Source: Endomicrobiales bacterium (GTDB lineage Bacteria > Elusimicrobiota > Endomicrobiia > Endomicrobiales > JALOBY01). Taken from it: a DNA stretch of 64,000 bases. Under the pieces are notes generated by a model. The model was given only the letters and a program-made list of their open reading frames with translations. It searched no databases and was not told the origin of the DNA. Location of the stretch: contig CAWCNJ010000004.1 in the NCBI GenBank assembly GCA_963796955.1, positions 320,001 to 384,000 on the forward strand. Reading direction: 5' to 3'. The translations under genes were made by a program, and so were the position numbers. Below are positions 48,692 to 60,055 of this stretch, piece by piece; within the stretch, counting starts at the first letter, position 1, and each line of letters opens with the position of its first letter.

Positions 48692-50055
48692 ATGAAACAA
48701 AAAAATAAAACGATATTCAGGTGTCAGGAATGCGGCTATGAGTCATCAAAATGGCTCGGCAAGTGCACTGATTGCGGTAAATGGAATACTTTTATAGAAG
48801 AAAAGCAGGAGACCGTCGCAGGCATACGCCATAGTTCTCACCTTACTGATTTCACTTCTGAAGTGACGCTGCTAAACGATGTCTCCACAGCCCAGTGCGA
48901 CCGCTGGCAGACGGATATCGGTGAGTTTGACCGCATAGTCGGCGGGGGTCTGGTACCGGGCTCCCTGGTGCTGCTGGGCGGTCCTCCGGGTATCGGTAAA
49001 TCCACGCTCATGCTGCATATCAGCGCGGCCCTGGCGCCGCAGCACAGCGTGCTCTATGTTTCCGGCGAGGAATCCCTTGCGCAGGTAAAGGCGCGCGCCG
49101 ACCGGCTGAACATTAAAAGCGATAATCTGTACCTGCTTTCTGAAACAAATCTTGAAAGCATTCTTACCGCGATAGATAAGATAAAACCTTCCGTCCTGGT
49201 GATAGATTCCATCCAAACGACGTATCGCGGCGATATGGTGGGCGCCCCGGCGCCGTCGGGCAGGTGCGCGAGTGCTCTGCCGAATTCTTACGCATCGCGA
49301 AATCCCGGCATATCTGCATTTTCCTTCTCGGCCATGTCACTAAAGAAGGTGACCTTGCCGGGCCCCGCATTCTTGAACATATCGTTGATACCGTGCTGTA
49401 TTTTGAGGCCGAGCGGCAGCAGATCTACCGGGTGTTGCGTGTGTACAAGAACCGCTTCGGCGCGACGAACGAGATAGGGGTTTTTGAAATGCGGGAACAG
49501 GGTCTGATAGAAGTCCCTAACCCTTCGCTCATATTCCTCGGCGAGCGTTCCATGAACGCGCCCGGCAGCGTGGTAGTGCCGACCGTTGAAGGCACACGGC
49601 CGCTATTGCTTGAGATACAGTCTCTGGTCAGCCGCACCAGCTTTGGCCTGCCGCGGCGCATGGTGACGGGGTATGATGCCAACCGTGTGATGCTGCTGAT
49701 CGCCGTCCTTGAAAAACGTGTCGGCCTGCATTTGGAGACACAGGATGTTTTTGTCAATGTCGTCAGCGGTATTAAAATAAAAGAGACAGCCGTTGATCTG
49801 GGCATAGCCTGCGCGATAGCTTCGGCGAACGGCAATTACGTCTGCCCGCCGAAAACACTTATTATCGGAGAAGTGGGTCTGGCGGGTGAAGTGCGTTCGG
49901 TAAGCCGCATAGAGGAACGCCTGACTGAAGGGGAAAAACTGGGTTTTGAAAAAGCGATCGTGCCGAACAGCAATGTAAAGTCATATAATTACAAAGGCAG
50001 TATGCAGGTGGCGGGTGTTGACACCGTAAGCGCCGCCATTGAACATCTGCGATAG
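48692..50055 (+). CDS. radA: DNA repair protein RadA/Sms with a 1-nt frameshift near 49249
   Basis: CQECG..KWLGKC, GPPGIGKST, IDSIQT in one frame; QVREC, KNRFG, GEVGLAGE in the next; one extra G restores GAPGAVGQVREC. Confidence 0.93.
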
Positions 50056-50064
50056 GGGTTATCT

Positions 50065-51225
50065 ATGATCCGTTTTGTCACAGCCGGTGAATCTCACGGA
50101 AAACAATTGACCGTCATCATTGAGGGGATCCCCGCCGGACTTTCGTTTACCGCCGCAGATATCGATACAGACCTTGCCCGTCGCCAGAAGGGTTTCGGCA
50201 GGGGCGCGCGCATGAAGATAGAGAATGACACCGTGGAATTTGTCGCCGGGGTTCGCGATCAGGAAACCACGGGCGCGCCGGTTTGTATGATCGTGAAGAA
50301 CCTTGATTGGGCAAATTGGGAAAAACTTATGTCACCGGCGTCCGCCGCTATAGCGCCCGGGGACATTCAGACAAAACCGCGCCCCGGTCATGCCGATCTG
50401 CCGGGTGTATTGAAATACGACCGCGAGGATATCCGTGATATTCTGGAACGTTCTTCCGCGAGGGAAACCGCCATGCGTGTGGCGGCAGGCGCGTTGTGTA
50501 AAAAATTCCTTGCCTCGTTCGGTGTTGTCATCGGCTCCTTTGTTACGGAAATAGGCGGCATTAAGGCGGAACATTCAACCGTGTCCCTTGAGGATGCCAT
50601 CAATACGGCAGAGAATTCCGAGGTGCGCGCGCCGGTTGCGGCGGCGGGCGAAAAAATGAAGGCAGCCATTACCAAAGCCGCTCAGGAGGGTGACACTCTT
50701 GGCGGCGTTTTCACGGTGGCGGCTCGCGGGGTAGTGCCGGGTCTGGGAAGCCACGTCCAGTGGGATAAAAAGCTTGACGCCCTGATCGCTTATGCTATGA
50801 TGTCTATACAGGCGGTAAAGGGTGTTGAAATAGGCGCCGGGTTCGGCTCCGCTGCCCTGCCCGGATCAAAAGTGCATGATGAGATATATTTTCATGAAAA
50901 AATAGGTTTCCACAGAAAGACGAACAACGCCGGCGGGATAGAAGGCGGAATTTCAAATGGCGCAACTGTAGTTGTGTCTTGCGCCATGAAGCCGATACCG
51001 TCACTTAAAAAACCTTTGAGCTCCGTTGACATTCACACAAAAGCGGTGGTAAAAGCTGAGGCCGTTAGATCTGATGTTTGCGCTGTCCCGGCAGCCGCCG
51101 TGGTTGGAGAGGCCGCACTCGCGATCGCCCTGGCCGCTGCTTACCGCGAGAAATTCGGCGGCGATTCCATGAAAGAAATACTGCGTAATTATCAAAATTA
51201 TCGTCAGCAGATAGCGGCATATTAA
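50065..51225 (+). CDS. aroC: Chorismate synthase
   Basis: TAGESHG, PRPGHAD, RSSARET, GGIEGG, MKPIP. Confidence 0.96.
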   Translation: MIRFVTAGESHGKQLTVIIEGIPAGLSFTAADIDTDLARRQKGFGRGARMKIENDTVEFVAGVRDQETTGAPVCMIVKNLDWANWEKLMSPASAAIAPGDIQTKPRPGHADLPGVLKYDREDIRDILERSSARETAMRVAAGALCKKFLASFGVVIGSFVTEIGGIKAEHSTVSLEDAINTAENSEVRAPVAAAGEKMKAAITKAAQEGDTLGGVFTVAARGVVPGLGSHVQWDKKLDALIAYAMMSIQAVKGVEIGAGFGSAALPGSKVHDEIYFHEKIGFHRKTNNAGGIEGGISNGATVVVSCAMKPIPSLKKPLSSVDIHTKAVVKAEAVRSDVCAVPAAAVVGEAALAIALAAAYREKFGGDSMKEILRNYQNYRQQIAAY

Positions 51226-51235
51226 CGGAGGGGCT

Positions 51236-52480
51236 TTGGGAGCGATCACTTCGACTCTGGGTAAACGGTTCTCATTGAACGAAAAAACAATACTGATAGT
51301 GTTGCGCTCGCTGGTGTTATGCGTTTCGCTTTTCCTGGTGTTCTACAACGCGGATGACAATACCCGCCTGATGCCGGTGTGCGTCACGATAACGCTGATG
51401 TTCCTCTCTATTGCGGGGCTGATCTTCGTACGGCGTTCATACTTTTCCGCGCGCTGGTTCCGCAATACCATATTCGTGCTGGATGTGGTCCTGATTTCAG
51501 CGATCATTTATTTCGCCGGCGGCATGGGTACCGACCTGTACCTGGCGTACTTCCTGATCATCTTTATGGCGAGCTCCGGCCAGAACGTAACCAATGCATT
51601 CTTCCTGACCATCGTTGTTGCCTCGGTTTACGCCATGCTTCTTTTTGCCAGGGGCATGACGTTCTCACTGGCGAATCCCGGTATTTTGCTGCGCATCCCG
51701 TTCTTTTTCATAGTCTCTTTTATTTTCACGCATTACGCCCAGGAAGACCGCAAGCTGCTGCAGGTACAGTCGGCGAGGATGGAAAAACTGTCCGTGCTCG
51801 GCGAACTAATGGCGGGTGTTCTGCATGAGCTGAAGAACCACCTTACGATAATTATCGGGTACGCGCACCTGCTTGATGAGATAAAGGAACCCGAGAAACA
51901 AAAACTCGTCTGGGACAAGATAGTTAAGGCGAGCGGCGAAGCTAACCATGTCATGAAAAATATCCTGGCTTTCGTTTCTTCGAATTCCGAAACCGAACAG
52001 GCTAATATCGACGTAAATCAGATGGTCAACACGACCCTTGAGATGCTTAACGAGAACCTGAAGATGGATCAGGTAAAACTGGTCAAGGTACTGGATTCAA
52101 ATTTGCCGCCGGTCCTGGGCACCGCCTCTCAGCTGCAGCAGGTGATCATGAATCTGGTCACCAATGCCCGTTACGAGCTGGTAAAGTCCCGCGACACATC
52201 AAATCGAAATATCATGGTCACGACGATACAAAAAGGCCGCGATATCTGCATACGGATACAGGACAATGGTGGCGGAATAAAGACGGAGAACCTGGAAAAG
52301 ATCTTCGACCCGTTCTTCACCACCAAACCCGAGGGCGAAGGTACCGGTCTCGGCCTTAGTATTTGTTACCGCATTATAAACCACCACGGCGGGGAAATAA
52401 CACTGGACAGCAAAGTAGGCGAAGGGACGAGCTTTACCATCAGCCTGCCCGCAGCCTCAAGGCCGGAAAATATACTATGA
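51236..52480 (+). CDS. Membrane sensor histidine kinase (TTG start)
   Basis: 5-6 TM segments, LHELKN, NLVTNA, DNGGG, GTGLGL; GGAGG RBS. Confidence 0.9.
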   Translation: MGAITSTLGKRFSLNEKTILIVLRSLVLCVSLFLVFYNADDNTRLMPVCVTITLMFLSIAGLIFVRRSYFSARWFRNTIFVLDVVLISAIIYFAGGMGTDLYLAYFLIIFMASSGQNVTNAFFLTIVVASVYAMLLFARGMTFSLANPGILLRIPFFFIVSFIFTHYAQEDRKLLQVQSARMEKLSVLGELMAGVLHELKNHLTIIIGYAHLLDEIKEPEKQKLVWDKIVKASGEANHVMKNILAFVSSNSETEQANIDVNQMVNTTLEMLNENLKMDQVKLVKVLDSNLPPVLGTASQLQQVIMNLVTNARYELVKSRDTSNRNIMVTTIQKGRDICIRIQDNGGGIKTENLEKIFDPFFTTKPEGEGTGLGLSICYRIINHHGGEITLDSKVGEGTSFTISLPAASRPENIL

Positions 52481-52977
52481 ATCTGGCATTAACCGGTTTT
52501 ATGGGCACGGGGAAAACCGCGGTCGGCAGGCTGCTCGCCGGACGTCTTGCCTGGCAGTTCATTGATATTGACGCGGAAATAGAAAAACTGGTGGGTATAA
52601 AAATATCCGATATCTTCGCAAAAAAAGGCGAGCCCTATTTTCGCAATGCCGAAACGAACGCCATTAAACTGGTCAGCCTTTTGAACCATGCCGTTATCGC
52701 CACCGGCGGCGGCGCCGTTCTTCGACCGGAGAACATGACCGCCTTAGAAACAACAGGCCAGATAGTCTGCCTGCGCGCCTCCGTAGAAACGATCTGTGAA
52801 AGAGTAAAGAACGACACCAATCGCCCCCTGCTGCAAGTCCCCGACCCGAAAAAGAAGATCGAAGAAATGCTATCCTCCCGCGCCCGCGCCTACTCCCACT
52901 GCACCTTCGCCGTAGACACCGACGGCAAAACAGTAGAAAAGATCGTTGATGAGATAATAGAAAAAGCCGGGGTGTAG
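52477..52977 (+). CDS. aroK: Shikimate kinase
   Basis: GFMGTGKT, GEPYFR, ATGGG, RPLL. Confidence 0.95.
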   Translation: MNLALTGFMGTGKTAVGRLLAGRLAWQFIDIDAEIEKLVGIKISDIFAKKGEPYFRNAETNAIKLVSLLNHAVIATGGGAVLRPENMTALETTGQIVCLRASVETICERVKNDTNRPLLQVPDPKKKIEEMLSSRARAYSHCTFAVDTDGKTVEKIVDEIIEKAGV

Positions 52978-52978
52978 G

Positions 52979-53452
52979 TTATTTCTTTTCGAGGGTTTCA
53001 AAAATTTCTGGGAGGTTTACGTCGGTGTTGGCGCAGCCGTCTTTGGTGAGAGGAACGAATTGGACGGTCAACTTATGTTTTTCGCACAGTTCCATGCCCT
53101 GGGCGCCTTCGAACGAGCAGGCGACGCCGATTATCGCGCCGGGTTTTTGCTCAGCGATCAGTTTTTCTATTGTTCTGCCGCCTTTCAGGATGTACAAGCC
53201 GTTATAGCCGAGCTGTTTGCATTTTTTGCTGATATCGGCGATCTTGCATTTGCCGCATTCTATGCAAATATAGTAGCTGCCGTGGTCTTTGGCCTTGCAA
53301 ACTTCATGGTTGCGCAGGCAGTGGGGGACCAGGGCAATGCGCTTGTCCATGGGAACGGCGCGGTATTTCGCGTCCATCGCCTTGTTCCGCCTGGTCGTTG
53401 CGGCAGCGTAGGCAGCCTGCCTGGTCTTCTTCAGCACCTTGCATAATTTCAT
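52979..53452 (-). CDS. DUF116 family Cys-rich protein
   Basis: PHCLR...C..CGKC.I, GG, IIGVAC, GC.NT.V. Confidence 0.8.
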   Translation of the reverse strand: MKLCKVLKKTRQAAYAAATTRRNKAMDAKYRAVPMDKRIALVPHCLRNHEVCKAKDHGSYYICIECGKCKIADISKKCKQLGYNGLYILKGGRTIEKLIAEQKPGAIIGVACSFEGAQGMELCEKHKLTVQFVPLTKDGCANTDVNLPEIFETLEKK

Positions 53453-53560
53453 GAATTCATTGTACTAAAATCCGATCAAAAATCAAAACTTTTCGTCCCA
53501 AAACCCTTGATAAATATGCTATAATACCCTTCGGGTAATATTGTGCAGAGGATCATTTTT

Positions 53561-54634
53561 TTGAAAAAAATAATTGTTAAACTGAAAGAACGCTCATATG
53601 CCATTACCATCGGCGGTGCTTTGGCCGGTGTTGGCAGGGCAATGTCTTCCGCAGGGCTGCGCGGGAAGGTGTTGCTGGTCACCAATACTACCGTGCAGAG
53701 GCTGTATGCCAAAGAGGTTCAGGATAGTTTAAAACGGGCCGGTTTTACGGTCGCTGCTATCGCGCTTCGCGACGGAGAGGAATATAAGGATCTCACGTCG
53801 GTATCAAATATCTACACCGCGGCCCTGAAAGCCGGATTGGACAGAAAGTCCACGATAGTCGCCCTTGGCGGCGGGGTTGTGGGTGACATCGCGGGTTTTG
53901 CCGCGGCCACGTATCTGCGTGGTATTTCGCTGGTACAAATACCCACGACGCTGCTTGCCATGGTAGATTCATCTGTCGGCGGCAAGACCGGGGTTGACCT
54001 TAAAGAAGGGAAGAACCTTGCCGGCGCTTTCTATCAGCCCAAACTTGTCTGGATAGATCCCGCCGTACTTAAGACCTTGCCCCCCCGGCAGCTGCAAAAC
54101 GGCATGGCCGAGGTCATAAAATACGGCGTTATCGCGGACCTCCAATTGTTTTCTTTCCTCGAAAAGAAGTTAACTCCGGTCTCCGGTCTTCGGTCTCCGG
54201 ACCTGGTTGGCGTAATTGCCCGTTGCTGCGGTATAAAGGCAAAGGTCGTGGAAAAAGACGAATTTGAAACAAAGGGTTTGCGTGAAATACTGAACTTTGG
54301 GCATACGTACGGCCATGCGGTGGAAGCCGCTTCCGGCTACAAGGTTTTGCATGGCGAGGCGGTGGCCATTGGTATGATGGCGGCCGGCAAGATAGCTGTG
54401 AAGCTTGGGTGCCTGAAGCTGAAAGATCTGGCAAGGCTTGGTGATCTTATTCAAAACACCGGTTTGCCGGTTCTGTCAAAGGTGAAATACCCTTTTTCCA
54501 CGATCGAAAAAATAATGCTGAAAGATAAAAAGACGCGTGACGGGAAATTTCGTTTTGTGCTGCCAAATAAAATAGGGCATGCCGCCGGTGGAATAATGGT
54601 GCCGGCCAATGTCCTGCGCGAGGTGCTGGAATGA
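53561..54634 (+). CDS. aroB: 3-dehydroquinate synthase
   Basis: [37 protein letters not shown] start after GAGGA (alternative GTG 53543). Confidence 0.95.
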   Translation: MKKIIVKLKERSYAITIGGALAGVGRAMSSAGLRGKVLLVTNTTVQRLYAKEVQDSLKRAGFTVAAIALRDGEEYKDLTSVSNIYTAALKAGLDRKSTIVALGGGVVGDIAGFAAATYLRGISLVQIPTTLLAMVDSSVGGKTGVDLKEGKNLAGAFYQPKLVWIDPAVLKTLPPRQLQNGMAEVIKYGVIADLQLFSFLEKKLTPVSGLRSPDLVGVIARCCGIKAKVVEKDEFETKGLREILNFGHTYGHAVEAASGYKVLHGEAVAIGMMAAGKIAVKLGCLKLKDLARLGDLIQNTGLPVLSKVKYPFSTIEKIMLKDKKTRDGKFRFVLPNKIGHAAGGIMVPANVLREVLE

Positions 54635-55068
54635 AAAAAAAGATACTGGTCATCCATGGGCCAAATTTGATGATGTTGGGCGAGCGCGAACCGGAGATAT
54701 ACGGAACCATAACGCTGGACAAGATAAACGACGAGATATGCGCCCTTGCGATAGAACTGAATATTGACGTCGAAATATACCAATCCAATATTGAGGGAGA
54801 GATCGTAACCAAGATCGGCGATGCCCGTAAACTTTTCGACGGCCTTATAATCAACCCTGCCGCCTATACCCATACCTCGGTCGCCATCCGCGACGCGATA
54901 GCGGCTTCAAAGCTTCCCGCGATAGAGGTGCACATCTCTAACGTTTACGCGCGCGAAGAGTTCAGACAAACATCCATCACCGCGCCGGTATGCAAGGGCC
55001 AGATAGCGGGCCTCGGCATAGACAGCTACCTTCTTGGGCTGCGCGGTCTTTCTAAACTGCTTGCCTGA
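54631..55068 (+). CDS. aroQ: Type II 3-dehydroquinate dehydratase
   Basis: [30 protein letters not shown]. Confidence 0.96.
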   Translation: MKKKILVIHGPNLMMLGEREPEIYGTITLDKINDEICALAIELNIDVEIYQSNIEGEIVTKIGDARKLFDGLIINPAAYTHTSVAIRDAIAASKLPAIEVHISNVYAREEFRQTSITAPVCKGQIAGLGIDSYLLGLRGLSKLLA

Positions 55069-55072
55069 GATC

Positions 55073-56104
55073 ATGCCTTCCAGAATAACAAAATTATCCC
55101 AAAGCCTGAAAACCGGGGCCTTGCTGCTTACCGGCAAGACTGATATTTTCTATTTAACGGGAATAGAGCTGGAAGGTTTCTGGCTGGTGGTCACAAAAAG
55201 AGGTTGCACGGCGATCGCTTCTCCTATGCTCGCGGGCCAGCTGCGCGCCATGAAGCCCGGGTTGGAAGTCATAGAATCGGACAACATGGCAAAAACTCTT
55301 GGGGAATACTGTCGAAAACGCCGCATTCGTTCTATCTTTGTTGATATGGATGTTACCACAGTGTCATTAGCCGCACGGCTGAAGAAATTCATTGCTGTAA
55401 CACCTATTCCTTCCCAACTGTCGTCTTTGAGGCTTATTAAGGATGTTCAGGAAGTAAACGCGATCAGAAAAGCCTGCCGGATAGCTGTCGACGCCTGCAA
55501 TTATGCGCGCACGTGGTGCAAGCCGGGAGTAACTGAACACGAGGTATATTTTAAAATAGAGGAATATTTCGCGCGCAACGGGGTAAAAGCCTCATTTCCA
55601 ACCATCGTGGCTTTCGGCCCGAACTCGGCAAACCCGCATCATGTGCCGGGGGCAAGAAAACTGCGTATAAACGATACGGTTTTGATGGACTTGGGCTGCG
55701 TCTGGAAAGGCTATTGTTCCGACTTGACACGCACCTTCTTTTTGGGTAGAATTACAGGGTTACAAACGCGTGTATTTTCATGTGTAAAACGCGCCCAGCA
55801 TGCCGCTTTAAAGGCGGTCGTTGCTGGTGCTTTTGCATATACGGTAGACGCCGCCGCCCGGGACCTTATAGGCGCCGACGGCTATGGGCCGAACTTTATC
55901 CATACCACGGGGCATGGCGTCGGTATAGATATTCACGAAGCCCCGCGTATAAGCGCGAAGGACAAAACCGTACTGAAGGCCGGTATGGTAGTTACCGTTG
56001 AACCGGGTGTGTATCTTCCCGGAAAGTTTGGCGTAAGGATAGAAGATACCGTGCTCGTTACTGGTAAAGGTTTCGAGATTTTAACCAAGGAGTTTCATAA
56101 ATGA
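55073..56104 (+). CDS. Xaa-Pro aminopeptidase (M24)
   Basis: [35 protein letters not shown]. Confidence 0.93.
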   Translation: MPSRITKLSQSLKTGALLLTGKTDIFYLTGIELEGFWLVVTKRGCTAIASPMLAGQLRAMKPGLEVIESDNMAKTLGEYCRKRRIRSIFVDMDVTTVSLAARLKKFIAVTPIPSQLSSLRLIKDVQEVNAIRKACRIAVDACNYARTWCKPGVTEHEVYFKIEEYFARNGVKASFPTIVAFGPNSANPHHVPGARKLRINDTVLMDLGCVWKGYCSDLTRTFFLGRITGLQTRVFSCVKRAQHAALKAVVAGAFAYTVDAAARDLIGADGYGPNFIHTTGHGVGIDIHEAPRISAKDKTVLKAGMVVTVEPGVYLPGKFGVRIEDTVLVTGKGFEILTKEFHK

Positions 56105-56664
56105 TTTCAACCGCAGATTTTAAGAATGGTTTAACGATCTTCGTAGATAAAGAACCCTATCAGATAATCTGGTTCCAGAACCACAAACCGGGCAAGGGCG
56201 GCGCCGTTATGCGCACCAAGATGAAGCACCTGCGCAAAGGCAGCATTATAGAGCGCACCTTTAAATCCGGCGAAAAGTTCGATTCTGTTGACGTTGAACG
56301 CCGCAAGAAGCAGTTCATGTACGGTGATGGAACGGATTTTCATTTTATGGATATGGCCAGCTTCGATCAGGTGGCGGTCTCAAAAGAAAAACTCGGCGAC
56401 AGCGCCCTCTTCCTGATGGAAAACATGGAAGTTCAGGCCATATATCTGGAAGGCGAACTGGTGGAGATAGAAATGCCCCTGAGCGTGGTGCTGACCGTTA
56501 CCGAAACGGAGCCCGGCTTGAAAGGCGATACGGTTTCCAACGTAATGAAACCTGCCAAACTTGAGACCGGCGCTAATGTGAAGGTGCCAATATTCATCAA
56601 GCAGGGAGATAAGATAAAAGTAGATACCCGTACCGGTGACTACGTTGAACGCGTAACAGAATAA
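56101..56664 (+). CDS. efp: Elongation factor P
   Basis: KPGKGGA, PGLKGDT, KVDTRTGDYVER. Confidence 0.97.
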   Translation: MISTADFKNGLTIFVDKEPYQIIWFQNHKPGKGGAVMRTKMKHLRKGSIIERTFKSGEKFDSVDVERRKKQFMYGDGTDFHFMDMASFDQVAVSKEKLGDSALFLMENMEVQAIYLEGELVEIEMPLSVVLTVTETEPGLKGDTVSNVMKPAKLETGANVKVPIFIKQGDKIKVDTRTGDYVERVTE

Positions 56665-56763
56665 GGTTGCATTATAGAGTGCCCGATCCCGCCATTGTGA
56701 GGCACACACGCCGTTGACGGCGGGATTTCGCGGTACGGCAATGATAACAGCAAGAGGTGCTCC

Positions 56764-57201
56764 ATGAACACTGATTCCCTGAAAAAACTGTTGTGCTCCC
56801 TGAGGGAGACGGACGTCGAAGAATTGAAATATGAAGCCGGTGAAACCAAGATATCTTTTCGCAAAAGCAACGTAAAGGCCGCTGCTGTTTCCCAGTCCGC
56901 GGTCGCGGTTGCCGCTCCAGTTGAACTGGCAAAGAAGATGGTATCCATCAAGTCCAACATGGTCGGCACCTTCCATCAGGCCGACAAGGCCAACCGCCCG
57001 CCGTTCGTTATGGAGGGTAACCATGTGCTGCCCGGCAAGAAAGTAGGCGTCATCGAAGCAATGAAGATAATGAAGGATGTTACCAGCAACGTAAAAGGCA
57101 AGATCGTTAATGTTCTTGTTAAAGACGGCCAGCCGGTAGAGTACGGACAAGAACTTTTTACCATTGACCCCAACGACGTGAAAGAAGAAGACGATAAATA
57201 G
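56764..57201 (+). CDS. accB: Biotin carboxyl carrier protein
   Basis: MVGTF, IEAMKIM, VEYGQELF. Confidence 0.93.
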   Translation: MNTDSLKKLLCSLRETDVEELKYEAGETKISFRKSNVKAAAVSQSAVAVAAPVELAKKMVSIKSNMVGTFHQADKANRPPFVMEGNHVLPGKKVGVIEAMKIMKDVTSNVKGKIVNVLVKDGQPVEYGQELFTIDPNDVKEEDDK

Positions 57202-57231
57202 TAGCTATCAAATCGACATTGAGAGGCCAGC

Positions 57232-58584
57232 ATGTTCAAGAAAGTTCTTATAGCCAACCGCGGTGAGATCGCCTGCCGCGTCATCCGAGCCTGTAAAGAG
57301 ATGGGCATGAAGACGGTAGCTATCCATTCCGAACCGGACCGGGATTGCCTGCATGTACGCCTAGCCGATGAATCTATTTGCATCGGTCCGGGACCTGCCT
57401 CTGAAAGCTATCTTAACATTCCGAGCATTATTTCCGCCGCGGAAATAACCGGCGCAGATGCGATACACCCGGGCTACGGTTTCCTCGCAGAAAATACCTA
57501 TTTCGCGGATGTGTGTGAATCGTGCCACATCAAGTTCATCGGGCCGGATAAATCTTCCATTGAACGCATGGGCGATAAGATCCGCGCGCGCGAACTGATG
57601 ATTAAACGCGGCGTGCCCGTGGTGCCCGGCTCGGACGGCCCGGTAAGCGCGGATGATCCCGATCTTTTCAAGATCGCGAAAAAGATCGGCTATCCGGTCA
57701 TCATCAAGGCGTCGGCGGGCGGCGGCGGTAAGGGCATGCGCGTCGTTGCGTCAGAAGAGGCGTTGAAGAACGCTATCGCGATGGCTTCATCCGAGGCAAA
57801 GGCTTCTTTTAACAATGAACAAGTGTACATGGAAAAATATATTGAGGAACCGCGCCACATAGAGTTCCAGATCCTTGGAGACAGCAAAGGCAAGGTCGTG
57901 TACCTGCCGGAGCGCGATTGCTCTATTCAGCGCCGCCATCAGAAATTGTTGGAAGAAAGCCCCTCGCCGTTCGTTGACGCGACGCTTCGTAAAAAAATGG
58001 GCAAAGCCGCGCGTCTTGCGGCCGAGGCTGTTGATTACGTTACTGTCGGCACCATAGAATTCCTGGTTGATAAACACGGGCATTATTATTTCATGGAAAT
58101 GAATACCCGTATCCAGGTAGAGCATCCCGTCACGGAAATGATAACCGGCGTTGACCTGATAAAGGAACAAATTCGCCTTGCTGCCGGAGAAAAGCTCAGC
58201 TTTGATTCCGAAGACATAAAGATACTCGGCCACGCCATAGAGTGCCGTATAAACGCCGAAGATCCGGATCGCGATTTCATGCCGAGCCCGGGCAAGGTCA
58301 CCCAGTTCATAGTGCCCGGCGGACCCGGCGTACGCGTAGAAAGCCACGTCTACACCGGCTACACCATACCGCCCTTTTATGACAGCATGATCGCCAAGGT
58401 CATTGTGCTGGATTCAACCCGCGAGGCCGCCATCACAAAGATGCAGCGCGCCCTTAAGGAAATGGTGGTTGAAGGCGTAAAGACCACCAAGTCGCTGCAC
58501 ATCAAGATCATGGATAATGAGGTATTCAAGAGCGGTGATGTTGCCACTGACTTCCTGCCCAAACATTTTTTCGGGCAGAAATAA
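57232..58584 (+). CDS. accC: Biotin carboxylase
   Basis: IANRGEIA, HPGYGFLAE, GGGGKGM, EMNTRIQVEH. Confidence 0.96.
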   Translation: MFKKVLIANRGEIACRVIRACKEMGMKTVAIHSEPDRDCLHVRLADESICIGPGPASESYLNIPSIISAAEITGADAIHPGYGFLAENTYFADVCESCHIKFIGPDKSSIERMGDKIRARELMIKRGVPVVPGSDGPVSADDPDLFKIAKKIGYPVIIKASAGGGGKGMRVVASEEALKNAIAMASSEAKASFNNEQVYMEKYIEEPRHIEFQILGDSKGKVVYLPERDCSIQRRHQKLLEESPSPFVDATLRKKMGKAARLAAEAVDYVTVGTIEFLVDKHGHYYFMEMNTRIQVEHPVTEMITGVDLIKEQIRLAAGEKLSFDSEDIKILGHAIECRINAEDPDRDFMPSPGKVTQFIVPGGPGVRVESHVYTGYTIPPFYDSMIAKVIVLDSTREAAITKMQRALKEMVVEGVKTTKSLHIKIMDNEVFKSGDVATDFLPKHFFGQK

Positions 58585-58595
58585 GGGGAACACGA

Positions 58596-59174
58596 GTGGA
58601 AAAAACAATAGCAGGTTTTATCGGCGACAGTATAGCGGCGAAGCAGGGAATGCTTGCCCCTGAGCAGATCGCCATGGTCAAGGCAATAACGGAGATGATC
58701 GTTAAGGCTTACCGCGCCGGCAAAAAGATAATCGTTTGCGGCAACGGCGGCTCGGCTGCGGACGCCCAGCATTTCACCGCTGAGCTTGTGGCCCGCTTTG
58801 AACGCGAACGCCCCGCCCTGCCTGCTATCGCGATAACCACTAACAGCTCTACCATTACAGCCATCGGCAATGATTATGGCTATGACGCCACCTTTCGCCG
58901 CCAGGTGGAAGCGTTCGCCCAGGAAGGCGATGTTGTTATAGGCATTTCCACCAGCGGTAATTCTGTTAACGTTCTCCTGGCGCTTGAAGAGGCCAAGAAA
59001 CGCAAAGCATTCACCGTCGGCATGACACGCAAGCAGGGCGGCAAACTTACAGGCGCTGCTGACCTTTGCTTTTGTGCGCCCTCAGACCACACGCCAAGGG
59101 TGCAGGAATGCCACATTCTGGTAATTCACATTATCTGCAAGCTGGTTGAGGAGTCGTTGTTTGGCGATAAATAA
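58596..59174 (+). CDS. gmhA: D-sedoheptulose 7-phosphate isomerase
   Basis: GNGGSAADAQH, ISTSGNS, RVQECH. Confidence 0.95.
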   Translation: MEKTIAGFIGDSIAAKQGMLAPEQIAMVKAITEMIVKAYRAGKKIIVCGNGGSAADAQHFTAELVARFERERPALPAIAITTNSSTITAIGNDYGYDATFRRQVEAFAQEGDVVIGISTSGNSVNVLLALEEAKKRKAFTVGMTRKQGGKLTGAADLCFCAPSDHTPRVQECHILVIHIICKLVEESLFGDK

Positions 59175-59646
59175 GCCCCCTAAAATTCAGCCCCGCGCGG
59201 CTCTCCGCAGGATACTGGTTGCGCTCAAAAAAAGAAAGCAAAGCATCGTTATTACGAATGGTTGCTTTGATATTTTACACGCCGGTCATATTAAGTCTTT
59301 CGAGACGGCCCGTTCCAAGGGCGATGTGCTGGTGGTCGCCATTAATACCGACGCCTCGGTGCGGCGCCTGAAGGGTAATAAGCGTCCCATCGTCGATGAA
59401 ATGAACCGGGCAAAACTCCTTGCGGGCCTTGCCTGTGTGGATTTTGTTACTTTTTTTGAAGAAGATACGCCTGAAGAGCTGATAAAAGAACTAAGCCCGG
59501 ATATTCTGGTAAAGGGCGGGGATTATAAGCTGGAAGAAATAGCCGGCCGGCAATATGTAAAAAAAGTCGTCCGCGTGCCGTTAGTGAAAGGAATTTCCAC
59601 TACAAAGATCATAGAGAAGATAGTTAAAGCGTATGGTCCCAAATAA
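59161..59646 (+). CDS. rfaE2: Heptose 1-phosphate adenylyltransferase (stand-alone HldE domain II)
   Basis: TNGCFDILHAGH, LVKGGDY, STTKII; likely TTG start at 59161 after GAGGAG. Confidence 0.9.
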   Translation: MAINKPPKIQPRAALRRILVALKKRKQSIVITNGCFDILHAGHIKSFETARSKGDVLVVAINTDASVRRLKGNKRPIVDEMNRAKLLAGLACVDFVTFFEEDTPEELIKELSPDILVKGGDYKLEEIAGRQYVKKVVRVPLVKGISTTKIIEKIVKAYGPK

Positions 59647-60055
59647 AAAGTTTCTCAGGCTTTTCGACGCGAATGTGAACCGATGCCGGGAAGGGTTGAG
59701 GGTGCTGGAAGACAGCGCCCGGTTCGTAATGAACAAGCCGGCGCTCTACAAGAAGTTAAGATCTCTGCGCCATAGTGTTGATAGATTGACGAGAAATATT
59801 TATCCTGAAATGCTGGCGGTCAGGGATTCTGTTTCGGACAGCGGTCGTTCGATGAAAGAAAATAGCAAAAGATCCGGACTTGGAGCGGTCCTTGCGGCGA
59901 ATTTTCGCAGGGTTGAAGAATCTCTCCGGGTCCTTGAAGAGTATGGAAAGATAGTTTGTCCTGATTCCGCAAAAGAATTTAAAGCGATACGATACGCCGC
60001 ATATACCATGGAAAAAAAGGTCAGCCTTGAAAACGAAAGCTCTGACGTTGGTTGA
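59633..60055 (+). CDS. Stand-alone helical domain otherwise found N-terminal to ThiE (ThiD2-like)
   Basis: R..DANVNRCREGLRVLED and ANFRRVEESLRVLEE internal repeat. Confidence 0.8.
   Translation: MVPNKKFLRLFDANVNRCREGLRVLEDSARFVMNKPALYKKLRSLRHSVDRLTRNIYPEMLAVRDSVSDSGRSMKENSKRSGLGAVLAANFRRVEESLRVLEEYGKIVCPDSAKEFKAIRYAAYTMEKKVSLENESSDVG

Noticed and set aside
48692..50055. Programmed frameshift or two-gene radA
   Set aside because: No slippery sequence, and the break falls inside a conserved motif; error or recent mutation is more likely.
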